DNA of 64,000 nt from an uncultured Candidatus Actinomarina sp. Lineage in GTDB: Bacteria > Actinomycetota > Acidimicrobiia > Actinomarinales > Actinomarinaceae. The position numbers and the translations under genes are program-made. Below, piece after piece: positions 50,505 to 59,664 of this stretch; within the stretch, counting starts at the first letter, position 1, and each line of letters begins with the position of its first letter. The stretch is from NCBI GenBank assembly GCA_902625455.1, contig CACOBL010000001.1, positions 244,191-308,190 on the forward strand, given 5' to 3'. A model generated the notes under the pieces. The model ran no database searches. It was not told the origin of the DNA and saw only the letters and a program-made list of their open reading frames with translations.

Positions 50505-51725
50505 ATGGATAATTTACTAAATTCAGATGCAACAACCGCCTTAATTCTATTAGGAATATTGATTGTTTCTTATGGAATTTTAAGATCTATTTTTTTTCCA
50601 GCTGTAAAAAAAATAGCAAATAGGACATCAACGTTTATTGATGACTTATTTCTTGACAAAAAATTTTTAAATAGGCTCTCTTATGTTGTAGTTTTTATCA
50701 TCTTCAATATATTGACCGCAACGCCAGAATTTAGTATTGACCTGTTTAGCAATGTTATTGTTTCGAGACTAATAGATGCTGCATTTGCACTATTAGTCGG
50801 ATTGACGATTTTAGAAGTCTTAAGCGTTTTCAATAAAATTTCTGAAAAAATTGATGTTTTAAAAAATAGACCAATAAAAGGTTATATACAAATTCTAAAA
50901 ATTATTATCTCTGCTTTTGTGGTGATTATTATTTTCGCAATCGTAACTGGACAGTCTGTAGCTTATTATATAAGTGGACTTGGCGCTCTTACAGCTGTTT
51001 TACTATTAGTTTTTCAAGATACAATTTTGTCATTTGTAGCCTCAGTTCAAATAGGTCAAAATGACATAATCAAAATTGGAGACTGGATTGAAGTTCCAGA
51101 ATTTGGAGCAGATGGTGATGTAGTAGACATTGCTCTTCACACTGTAAAAGTTCAAAACTGGGACAAAACAATAACAACAATTCCGACATCGAAAATTGTA
51201 AACACTTCTGTTAAGAATTGGAGGGCAATGTCTGAGTATGGTGGAAGAAGAATCAAAAGATCTTTACTTATAGATATTTCAAGTATCAAATTTTTAACGG
51301 CCAAAGAAATTTCGGAATTAGAAAAATTAGCACCATTAAAGGATTACATATCTTTTAAAAATAACGAATTATCTGAATTTAATGCTTCTATTGAAAATCC
51401 GGATAACAGTATTGAAACTAGAAAATTGACAAATATAGGTACATACAGAGCTTATGTTGAAAGCTATTTGAAACAAAATTCAAACTTAAATACTGAAACT
51501 ATGACATTCCTTGTTCGACAACTTCCATCCTCTCCAGAAGGTGTGCCATTAGAAATCTATACATTCACAAACACGACTGAGTGGGAGGCGTATGAAAAAA
51601 TTCAGTCTGATATCTTTGATCACTTATTTGCTATTCTTCCAAAATTTGGCCTAAGAGTTTTTCAAAATGGACTACTCGAAGCAGTAGCTGTTAAAAATTT
51701 ACCCTTTAATCAGTTGGACGAATAA
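50505..51725 (+). CDS. Small-conductance mechanosensitive channel (MscS family)
   Basis: MscS pore helix/beta domain (GALTAVLLLVFQDT..VQIGQNDIIKIGDWIEV..GDVVDIALHTVKVQNWDKTITTIPTSKIVN). Confidence 0.8.
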   Translation: MDNLLNSDATTALILLGILIVSYGILRSIFFPAVKKIANRTSTFIDDLFLDKKFLNRLSYVVVFIIFNILTATPEFSIDLFSNVIVSRLIDAAFALLVGLTILEVLSVFNKISEKIDVLKNRPIKGYIQILKIIISAFVVIIIFAIVTGQSVAYYISGLGALTAVLLLVFQDTILSFVASVQIGQNDIIKIGDWIEVPEFGADGDVVDIALHTVKVQNWDKTITTIPTSKIVNTSVKNWRAMSEYGGRRIKRSLLIDISSIKFLTAKEISELEKLAPLKDYISFKNNELSEFNASIENPDNSIETRKLTNIGTYRAYVESYLKQNSNLNTETMTFLVRQLPSSPEGVPLEIYTFTNTTEWEAYEKIQSDIFDHLFAILPKFGLRVFQNGLLEAVAVKNLPFNQLDE

Positions 51726-53199
51726 ATTTTTTACAAAAAACAATCAACCCAAATATTATAAAAATATAATTTAAATAATTTCCATATCTGCTGTAAGGAG
51801 TTTCTTTCTGTTTTGCCTCAAGTTTTTCAGTAAGTACTCCAGTTTCAAATAATTTAGTTTTAGCAATCACTTTTCCGTTATGATCTATAAATGCTGATTT
51901 ACCAGTTATAGCTGCATGTACAATTGGTCTCCCATTTGAAATTGCGTTTGCCCTAGACATTAATATAAATTGATCTGACATACCGCTTTCTCCATAACTT
52001 GCTTGGTTAGTAAGTATTACAACTAATTCTGCACCATCCTGAACACTATTCCTGATATATCTTTGGAACGATCCTTCAAATGAGATAACAGTTGAAATTT
52101 TCGTATTGTTTACCGTAAATATTTTTTGACCATCACCCCTAATCATGTCACGTGGAACAAGTGCTAAAGGAGGAATCCAATCTAAATATTTTCTAAATGG
52201 AATATATTCTCCAAAGGGCACCGGATGCTGTTTTAAATATTGATCTATAATCTCACCATCTTTGTTTATAAAGACTCCATAATTTTCAAAATATTGATTT
52301 TGTATAGGTCTGTCTCCTCCTATTAAAAAATATGAATCTAGCCTCAAAGCTTCGGTAGCAATATCATTTTGAACTCTACTATGTATTCCAGGATCATTAT
52401 TAAATCCTGTTGAGCTCTCAGGCCAAACTACAAGATCAAAATTTCCATCAAGAGATTGTGTCTGAGTTAAATGGCTATCGTATATTTTTTGTCTTTCATT
52501 GGCACATCTATTTTTGGCACCAGGACACGGGCTGTTTCCTTGAATGATTGCGATGTTTAGTTCTGATGCTTCTAATTGAGCATCGTCGTAATCAGTATTA
52601 ATAATTACAAGACTGAAAACGTATATTGAAAAAACTACTAATGAAAATATCATATAATTTTTAATATAATTTTTTTGTTTGTTTTTTGAAAAGACACCAA
52701 GTGCAATTATTAAAGAAAAGGATTGTAGTAAAAGAGAAGATCCTGTTGGTCCAAAGCCTTCAAAAGATAAACGAGCATCTAGCATGAACCAACTGTCTAT
52801 AGGACCAGTTAATAAAACCGTTGAGGGAAAACCCCAAGGAAAACCGCCAAATGGAAAATATGCTCTAATCAAATCAAAAATTGCTATAACTGACAACAAT
52901 ACAAAGAAATTGTTATCAGATTTTGTATTTAGATAAGAAAACAGTTTTGCAAATATTCCATACATGAATCCCATTAAAATTGTTAATGGAATCCATGCTT
53001 CAAGCCCTATTGATTGAATTCCTAATAAAATTACACCATATGTAACGCTCCCAAATATAAATCCTGTTAAAAAAGATTTTTCATGTAGTAACAATGAATA
53101 GTAAAAAAAATACAGTGCTGGAAAAATTAAGAACCAGAAGTCAAAAGGGGGGAAGCTTAAAAAATATAATACCCCTCCCAAGAATGCTCTTATAAACAT
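51706..53199 (-). CDS. lnt: Apolipoprotein N-acyltransferase (Lnt) homolog with catalytic Cys replaced by Ser
   Basis: Lnt N-terminal TM block (LSFPPFDFWFL), CN-hydrolase Glu (VVWPESS) and Lys (KYLKQHPVPFGEYIPF). The expected AICYE segment reads VISFEGSF, and no Cys occurs in the surrounding 100 aa. Confidence 0.65.
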   Translation of the reverse strand: MFIRAFLGGVLYFLSFPPFDFWFLIFPALYFFYYSLLLHEKSFLTGFIFGSVTYGVILLGIQSIGLEAWIPLTILMGFMYGIFAKLFSYLNTKSDNNFFVLLSVIAIFDLIRAYFPFGGFPWGFPSTVLLTGPIDSWFMLDARLSFEGFGPTGSSLLLQSFSLIIALGVFSKNKQKNYIKNYMIFSLVVFSIYVFSLVIINTDYDDAQLEASELNIAIIQGNSPCPGAKNRCANERQKIYDSHLTQTQSLDGNFDLVVWPESSTGFNNDPGIHSRVQNDIATEALRLDSYFLIGGDRPIQNQYFENYGVFINKDGEIIDQYLKQHPVPFGEYIPFRKYLDWIPPLALVPRDMIRGDGQKIFTVNNTKISTVISFEGSFQRYIRNSVQDGAELVVILTNQASYGESGMSDQFILMSRANAISNGRPIVHAAITGKSAFIDHNGKVIAKTKLFETGVLTEKLEAKQKETPYSRYGNYLNYIFIIFGLIVFCKKFIRPTD

Positions 53200-53236
53200 A
53201 TCTTTTTATGTTAATAATTAGACCTCATGAAATAAA

Positions 53237-53971
53237 CTAATTTATATTTCTTAATATCACATATAAGCCAGAAAAAATAGAAAAATAAGTCACTGACAGA
53301 GACAGGAAATTCTGAGAAACTTTAGAAAAAATTGAGCTTGATAATTTAATACCTAAAAAAACAAATGGAATATTGATCAAAAATAAATAAATGTGATCTA
53401 TGTAGATTCTTCCGGTAAAGACGAGTAAAGACAAGGTAATTAGTATTCCAATTATAAAAACACTATTTAATGATGGTCTAAATTCGTCAGGATCAGTATC
53501 TCGATACAAAAGAGCAATTGGAGGACCCCCTATTGCAGCAATCATTCCAAAAATTCCAGAAAATGTACCTGCTATGAAAGAATTAGTTTTGTTTCTTTTA
53601 ATTACCCATCCAAAAAAAGAAGCTAGTCCAGCTAAAAAAACTATTAGACCTACAGAAATAGAAAGATATTTTTCATTTAATATTGATAAAAAAAGCAAAC
53701 CAATTGGTCCTCCAACAAACCTGCCTGCAACTAAAGGTTTAACTGAACTTAAATTAACTTTATTTCTTTCTCTTATAAATACACGAATTGCTAATGGTAA
53801 GCCTAGTAGTGATAAGAGTTGAGGAACCAGTAGTGGCTCAATCTGTACAACTATGGGTGATGCTATAACAGCAAAACCAAATCCTAGAATGCCTTGAACA
53901 GATGATCCTACAAAGATTAATAAAGCAATGAAGATTAATTCAAAAAGGGTTAGATCAAAAGGTAGACTCAA
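53237..53971 (-). CDS. TauE/SafE (DUF81) family anion exporter
   Basis: Typical DUF81 N-terminus GFGFAVIASPIV and an internal repeat. Confidence 0.7.
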   Translation of the reverse strand: MSLPFDLTLFELIFIALLIFVGSSVQGILGFGFAVIASPIVVQIEPLLVPQLLSLLGLPLAIRVFIRERNKVNLSSVKPLVAGRFVGGPIGLLFLSILNEKYLSISVGLIVFLAGLASFFGWVIKRNKTNSFIAGTFSGIFGMIAAIGGPPIALLYRDTDPDEFRPSLNSVFIIGILITLSLLVFTGRIYIDHIYLFLINIPFVFLGIKLSSSIFSKVSQNFLSLSVTYFSIFSGLYVILRNIN

Positions 53972-54204
53972 TCAAGCGCTTCTTCTATGAGCTTAAGAAT
54001 CTCACCATCCTCAGTATGTCTACCTAATTCTTTCTTTGAAAATAATAATTCATCATTCAAGTGAAACTCGAACACACCACCACCACTTGGAATCAAATTA
54101 ATCGATGTTACTTTGTTTCCATAAATTTCTAAGATGTCTTCTATCGTACTAACTGCACGAGGTGTGTAGTTTCAGACTACACAAAACTCTAATTTTATTT
54201 CCAT
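53956..54204 (-). CDS. SelW/Rdx-family selenoprotein (CxxU) with in-frame UGA; not in ORF track
   Basis: Minus-strand ATG at ~54204 translates MEIKLEFCVV-[TGA at ~54174-54172]-NYTPRAVSTIEDILEIYGNKVTSINLIPSGGGVFEFHLNDELLFSKKELGRHTEDGEILKLIEEALD... This matches the Rdx/SelW consensus (IeYC-x-x-C/U ... L.PgsgGvFEv..dgelifSK.e.grfPe). The 3' end overlaps the tauE start by a few codons, and the exact stop is uncertain to +/-3 nt. Confidence 0.7.
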
Positions 54205-54240
54205 AATTTAATAGTATCATAACTTAGATTAAGGAGGTTT

Positions 54241-56139
54241 ATGTTTAACTATTCCGAGGCAAACTTAGATAGTTTGAATAATGATTTAGATAGCACTTTA
54301 GAAGAATGTAAAAAATTAGTTAGAAATATTAAATCGTCAACGAACATCAATTTAAGCGATTTTGATGAATTAGAAAGTACAGTTTATGATGTTTCAGGAA
54401 GAGTTGCTTTTCTTGGAGATGTACACCCTGAAGAAAAAATCAGAGACTTTGGAAATGAAGCAGATTCTAAAATACAAAATTTTGCACTTGAAATATTTAA
54501 TGATGATGATCTTTACAAAAAATATAATGAAATTGATATTTCAGATGCAGATAAAGAAAGTATTGAGTTTCACAAAGATTTAGGTATAGATTTTAAAAAT
54601 GCTGGTCATGGTCTGTCAGATAAAAGTAGAAATAGGTTAATAGAAATTGATAAGAGGCTTATAAAGCTTGGTATTGATTTTTCAGAGAATATAGCAAAAG
54701 ATAAAACAGAGCTTAAATTTTCAGAAGTTGAATTAAGCGGTTTAAGCAAAAATGAACTTAACAACTTAAAAAAAGATGGGGAGAAATTTATTATTACAAT
54801 GGCATATCCTGATGTCAATGCAATATCTGAGAATTGTAATGTCAGGAGCACAAGAGAAATAGTTTGGAAAGCTTTTAATAATCGGGCTGTAGAAGATAAT
54901 ATTCCAATCCTTAAAGAGGCTGTTTTGCTAAGAAATGAAAAATCTAAATTGTTTGGATTTGAAACGTGGGCTGAATATAGATTGCAAAACAGAATGGCAA
55001 AAAATCCAAAAAATGTTGACGCTATGTATAAAGATTTAATTCCTAAGGTGCAAAAAGCTGCTGAGAAAGAAAAGAAAGACCTTGTGACAGATGATATTAA
55101 AATTACTGACATATCACCGTGGGATATTCGATACTTTATTTCATCAGAAAGAAGCAAAACAAGCAATATAAAAAATAGTGAATTAAAAAAATATTTTTTT
55201 ATTCATGATGTAAAAAACGAGATGTTCAAAGTTTGTGAAGAAGTTTTTGATTTAGAAATTAAGCCAGAATCAAATCAAACTGCATGGCATGAAGATGTTG
55301 AACTTTGGTCTTTATGGGAAAAAAATGGTGAGCAACTTGCTTACTTTTATTTAGATCTCTATCCGAGAGAAGGAAAGTTTACTCATGCAGCAGTATTTGA
55401 CATCTCTTCTGGTGGATCTGAAAGACAAAAGCTACCTGTGTGTTCAATGGTCGCAAACTTTCCAAATCCTAATACAGGAGATGGTTTAATGACTTTTGAT
55501 GAAGTTGAGACATTGTTTCATGAATTTGGTCACGTCTTGCATAACGGAATTGGTAAATCGAAATATACCAGATTTGTTGGTGCAAGTTGTGAGTGGGACT
55601 TTGTGGAGGCGCCTAGTCAAATTATGGAACACTGGGTTTGGAAAGTGGAGTGCTTAAAAAGAATTTCAAAACATATTGAAACTTCAGAACCATTATCTGA
55701 ACAACTATGTGAAAGACTAAATGAGTCTAAAAATATTGGTGTTAGTTTATTGACACTAAGACAAATATCTTTTGGGCTTGCCGATCAACACATGCATGGT
55801 AAAAATTTCAATGATGACCTTTTAGAAATAGAACAAACTTCTCAAAAGGTAACTAACATCACCTACCCTAAAGACACAAATCATTTGGCAGCATTTGGCC
55901 ATTTACTAGGTGGATATGATGCTGCTTACTATGGATACTTATGGGCTGAAATTATTGGTGATGACTTGTTTAGTAGATTTGAAGATGAAGGAGTGCTTTC
56001 GAATTCGGTTGGTGTTGACTATAAAAATAAAATTCTCAAGCCTGGAGGTGCTATATCCGCAGAAAATATGGTTCAAAGCTTCTTAGGTAGAAAATGGAAT
56101 GATAAAGCTTTTTTATTTCAAAAGAACTTGCTTATTTAA
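54241..56139 (+). CDS. M3-family zinc metallopeptidase (oligopeptidase / Dcp-like)
   Basis: HEFGH (FHEFGHVLHNG) plus downstream E. M3 thimet/neurolysin fold length. SD AAGGAGG. Confidence 0.8.
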   Translation: MFNYSEANLDSLNNDLDSTLEECKKLVRNIKSSTNINLSDFDELESTVYDVSGRVAFLGDVHPEEKIRDFGNEADSKIQNFALEIFNDDDLYKKYNEIDISDADKESIEFHKDLGIDFKNAGHGLSDKSRNRLIEIDKRLIKLGIDFSENIAKDKTELKFSEVELSGLSKNELNNLKKDGEKFIITMAYPDVNAISENCNVRSTREIVWKAFNNRAVEDNIPILKEAVLLRNEKSKLFGFETWAEYRLQNRMAKNPKNVDAMYKDLIPKVQKAAEKEKKDLVTDDIKITDISPWDIRYFISSERSKTSNIKNSELKKYFFIHDVKNEMFKVCEEVFDLEIKPESNQTAWHEDVELWSLWEKNGEQLAYFYLDLYPREGKFTHAAVFDISSGGSERQKLPVCSMVANFPNPNTGDGLMTFDEVETLFHEFGHVLHNGIGKSKYTRFVGASCEWDFVEAPSQIMEHWVWKVECLKRISKHIETSEPLSEQLCERLNESKNIGVSLLTLRQISFGLADQHMHGKNFNDDLLEIEQTSQKVTNITYPKDTNHLAAFGHLLGGYDAAYYGYLWAEIIGDDLFSRFEDEGVLSNSVGVDYKNKILKPGGAISAENMVQSFLGRKWNDKAFLFQKNLLI

Positions 56140-56168
56140 AATTGTATTCTAAAATATTTATGTTAAGC

Positions 56169-56186
56169 TTGTGAATATATTCACAA
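56169..56186. promoter_or_regulatory. Perfect 18-bp palindrome TTGTGAATATATTCACAA (core TGTGA-N6-TCACA, CRP/FNR-family consensus)
   Basis: Seen directly, about 20 bp upstream of the ATG at 56205. A TTGCTT-16-TAAAAT promoter-like pair lies just upstream (56129-56156). Confidence 0.45.
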
Positions 56187-56204
56187 AGTATATAAAGGAA
56201 TAAA

Positions 56205-56399
56205 ATGACAGACGGATTAAAAGCGAGTCAAATTAAGGGTGGAATTAGACCTTCAAAGAGTTTTGACCAGGGCAGAGTATGTAAAGATGAAACTTGCACT
56301 ACTCAATTAAGTATTTACAACAAAAGAGATCATTGTTTTAATCATGCTCCGGTTAAATATCCGAGAGTAAGAGGCAGAATCCTTCAAGAAACTGCTTAA
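56205..56399 (+). CDS. Small basic CCCH protein (paralog B), head of the copZ-copA locus
   Basis: 64 aa. Same GRVC-x4-C-x12-C-F-x-HAP-x-YPRVRG architecture as 30953..31153. Confidence 0.6.
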   Translation: MTDGLKASQIKGGIRPSKSFDQGRVCKDETCTTQLSIYNKRDHCFNHAPVKYPRVRGRILQETA

Positions 56400-56444
56400 G
56401 TTTTAAAGACCCCCCTAACGAAATCTCCCCCAAGAGGTTTCTTA

Positions 56445-56475
56445 TAAGCCCCTAAGAAATTAGGGGCTTATTTAT
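56445..56475 (+). terminator. Stable hairpin (11-bp stem, GAAA loop, T-run) between the small ORF and copZ; preceded by two C-rich CCCCTAA tracts
   Basis: taagcccctaa-gaaa-ttaggggctta followed by tttat. ccccctaa (56411-18) could pair with the same 3' arm, which suggests an alternative structure. Confidence 0.45.
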
Positions 56476-56503
56476 AGCCTATTAAGTATTATTATTGTTA
56501 ATT

Positions 56504-56713
56504 ATGAATGTTGTATTTACAGTTCCTGAAATCAGTTGTGGTCATTGCAAGGATACAATTGAATCTACATTAGACAATGTCGACTCTATAGAAAGTGTTT
56601 CGGTTGATATTGAGAAGAAATCTGTTGAGGTTGTCTCATCTGCTGATTTAGATATGATAAATGTTTCTCAACTGTTAGATGAACAAGGCTACACAGTTGT
56701 CCAATCAGAATAA
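56504..56713 (+). CDS. copZ: Copper chaperone CopZ (HMA domain)
   Basis: M-x-C-x-x-C type motif (SCGHCK) in a ~70-aa ferredoxin-like HMA fold. The track's TTG start at 56495 was replaced by the ATG. Confidence 0.75.
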   Translation: MNVVFTVPEISCGHCKDTIESTLDNVDSIESVSVDIEKKSVEVVSSADLDMINVSQLLDEQGYTVVQSE

Positions 56714-58772
56714 GACTTTAAATTTAGACATTGAGGGCATGACATGTGCTGCATGTGCTGCGCGCATTGAACGAGTAATTTCAAAAGACCAAGACGTTTT
56801 AGATGTTTCTGTAAGCTTTCCTCTAAAGTCTGCAATTGTTGATATTAACGATGACGATAGTTTTGATGTTAATAATTTAATTAAAAAAGTAAACAACATT
56901 GGTTATAAAGCTAAAGAGACAGACAGTCTTGGCTCAAGTAAAAATGTTAAGTTTAAATTTGTAATGCCTTTCTTGTCACTATTTTTAACTTATATTCTCA
57001 GGTTCACATTTGAAGCTGGGCTTGATCTATTATCTTATTCGATAGGCTCTTTTGTTATATTGCTATTGGGCAGAAATTTTCATATTTCAGCTTTTAAAAA
57101 AATTAAATACCTTGACTTTAATATGGATACATTAATTTCAATTGGTAGCTTGAGTGCTCTTGCTATTTCATTACTACCAAGTAATGTTCTAGGTTCAGAC
57201 ATATCGATTGCAAATAATAAAATGTTCTTAGATACTGGTGCTTTTATAGTTTCATTTATATTAATTGGTAAAGCAATAGAAGATAAGGTTATAGAGGAAT
57301 CTGTAAATGAATCTGAATCTATAAAAACCAGAATGCCCAAAACATTAATTGTTGAAAGAGATGGACAAAATCTAGAAGTACCCATTAAAGAAGTTACAGT
57401 AGGTGATTTGTTTCTAGTAAGCCCTGGGCAGATTATTCCAGTTGATGGTGCTGTTTTAGATGGTTCTACAACTGTTGATGAAAGCTTATTGACTGGAGAA
57501 TCAATTCCTCTAGTAAAAAATCCTCAAGACTCAGTAGTTGGTGGAAGTATTAATTTAGATGGTGCAATAAAGGTTTCTGTGCAAGAGTCTTATCAGAAAT
57601 CTACTTACAATGTAATTGAAGAATTAATTAGAACAGCTCAAGCAACTAAACCGGAAATTCAAAAATCATTAGACAAAGTTACTCAATACTTTGTTCCAGT
57701 TGTTCTTTTGATTAGTGTTCTGACTTTTCTGTTTAGATTTTATGTAAGTGACTACGCATTGTTAGACGCCTTAAAAAATTCAATAGCAGTACTTGTAATT
57801 GCGTGCCCTTGTGCATTAGGTCTAGCAACCCCTATAGTTTTATTTAAAACTGCAACACTAAGTAAAAAAGATGGGTATTTATTCAAAAATTTTGATATTT
57901 TACAAAGATTTGGTGATATAAATACGCTCATCTTTGATAAAACGGGAACACTGTCATCTGGTATTTTTAAGATATCAAAAATTGAAGACAATTATACAAA
58001 TTTAACTGAGAGCGAAATTTTACAATTAATTGCAAGTCTTGAAAACTATTCTCAGCACCCAATAGCAAGAAGTATTGTTTATGAAGCAGAATTACAAGAC
58101 TTGGAGTTACTTAAAGCTGATAATGTTAAAGAAGTTCCGGGGTTAGGAATACAAGGAAAAGTAAATAATAGAAAAATTATTATTGAAAAAAACATAGAGT
58201 CGCAAGAGTCTTCGTTGATTATTAAAATTGATGAACAAAAACTTTATCTCTACATAGAAGAAGAAGTATCTGTATCATCAAACTTCTTTGAGAAATTAAA
58301 AGGTGAAAAAGAAATAATTATTCTTTCTGGAGATAAAGAAATTAATGTTGAAAGGTTTGCTAAAAGTATTGGGGTCAAAAAATATCATTCAAATAAATCT
58401 CCAGAAGAAAAATTAGAATTTATAAAGAACAAACAAAAAAATGAAAAAGTTATATATGTTGGTGATGGAGTAAATGATTCCCCTTCAATCAAGCAAGCAG
58501 ATGTTGGAGTAACAACCTCTAGTAGTAGTCAAATAGCACAAGTAGCTGGAGATATTCTAATTCACAAGGGCGGTTTAGATACAATATCTGAAATTTTTAA
58601 ATTATCAAAAAAATCTAAAAGCCGAATCTATCAAAACCTATTTCTTGCTTTTGTTTACAACACTTCAATGATTCCATTAGCTGTGTCCGGGGCAATTACT
58701 CCAAACTTAGCAGCTTTAGCAATGGCCTTATCAAGCATTTCTGTAGTGTTAAATTCATCAAGAAAACTATAG
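56679..58772 (+). CDS. copA: Copper-translocating P1B-type ATPase
   Basis: N-terminal HMA GMTCAACAARIE, TM6 CPC (ACPCALGLATP), DKTGTLS, GDGVNDSP. Confidence 0.9.
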   Translation: MNKATQLSNQNKTLNLDIEGMTCAACAARIERVISKDQDVLDVSVSFPLKSAIVDINDDDSFDVNNLIKKVNNIGYKAKETDSLGSSKNVKFKFVMPFLSLFLTYILRFTFEAGLDLLSYSIGSFVILLLGRNFHISAFKKIKYLDFNMDTLISIGSLSALAISLLPSNVLGSDISIANNKMFLDTGAFIVSFILIGKAIEDKVIEESVNESESIKTRMPKTLIVERDGQNLEVPIKEVTVGDLFLVSPGQIIPVDGAVLDGSTTVDESLLTGESIPLVKNPQDSVVGGSINLDGAIKVSVQESYQKSTYNVIEELIRTAQATKPEIQKSLDKVTQYFVPVVLLISVLTFLFRFYVSDYALLDALKNSIAVLVIACPCALGLATPIVLFKTATLSKKDGYLFKNFDILQRFGDINTLIFDKTGTLSSGIFKISKIEDNYTNLTESEILQLIASLENYSQHPIARSIVYEAELQDLELLKADNVKEVPGLGIQGKVNNRKIIIEKNIESQESSLIIKIDEQKLYLYIEEEVSVSSNFFEKLKGEKEIIILSGDKEINVERFAKSIGVKKYHSNKSPEEKLEFIKNKQKNEKVIYVGDGVNDSPSIKQADVGVTTSSSSQIAQVAGDILIHKGGLDTISEIFKLSKKSKSRIYQNLFLAFVYNTSMIPLAVSGAITPNLAALAMALSSISVVLNSSRKL

Positions 58773-58815
58773 AAATTTATATTAAATAAATCTATTTAAA
58801 CATTAATCTTTCATT

Positions 58816-59664
58816 ATGGAAGATGTAGTTTGGTATAGAAAGCCACTTTTATCAGAACCTGTAGCAATTCTCGCTTTTGAAGGATGGAGTGATGCAGGTA
58901 ACACAGCTACTGGATGCGTCGAAAACTTAAGCTGCACTTATGAAGTAGATCCTTTCGCAGAGTTAGATTCTGACTCTTACTACAACTATCAGATGAGAAG
59001 ACCAATAGTCGAGGTAAAAGACTTTGGTGAAAGAAACTTTCATTGGCCCCAGACTTCTTTTTATTCTATTGAAGACTACAAGCTTAAAAGTGATCTCATT
59101 TTAGTTTTTGGTGAAGAACCCTCAATGAGATGGAAAGAATATTCAAAAAATATTACAGAAACTCTTCTAGAACTTGGAGTTAAAAAAGCTGTTACTTTAG
59201 GTGCTTTTTTTGGACAGGTAGCACATACTCTTCCAGTTCCAATTTTTGGTGTTAGTGGTGATCCAACATTTCACTCTCGTTTTAATGTTCTCAATCCTAA
59301 CTATTCTGGACCAACAGGAATTACAAGTGTTGTAGGACAGTCTTTAAGAGATAACGGAATTGAGACTGCTGGTCTTTGGGCTGCTGTTCCACATTATTTA
59401 AGTAGCGGTGGATATCCTAAAGGAATGAGTGCTCTCTTGAACAAAACTTCTGAAATACTAAAAATTGATATTGATGACTCCGGAATACAAAGCGAAGGCC
59501 AACAGTTTGAATTAAAAATAAGTAAAGCTATGGAAAATTCTCAAGATTTAGCTGAATATGTTTCTAAACTTGAGGAAGCAGAAGTTAGCATTGAAGACAA
59601 CTTTTCTGAAGATAATTTAGTCCAACAAATTGAAGATTTTTTGAATGAAGAAAGAGAGTTCTAA
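58816..59664 (+). CDS. PAC2 family protein (proteasome-assembly-chaperone-like, actinobacterial type)
   Basis: N-terminal VAILAFEGWSDAGNTATG motif and a size near 280 aa. Confidence 0.6.
   Translation: MEDVVWYRKPLLSEPVAILAFEGWSDAGNTATGCVENLSCTYEVDPFAELDSDSYYNYQMRRPIVEVKDFGERNFHWPQTSFYSIEDYKLKSDLILVFGEEPSMRWKEYSKNITETLLELGVKKAVTLGAFFGQVAHTLPVPIFGVSGDPTFHSRFNVLNPNYSGPTGITSVVGQSLRDNGIETAGLWAAVPHYLSSGGYPKGMSALLNKTSEILKIDIDDSGIQSEGQQFELKISKAMENSQDLAEYVSKLEEAEVSIEDNFSEDNLVQQIEDFLNEEREF

Noticed and set aside
56401-56475. C-rich structured segment considered as a tRNA or tRNA-Sec
   Set aside because: No acceptor/T-arm (GTTC) or anticodon-loop architecture is present. A simple hairpin plus C-tracts fits a terminator/attenuator better.
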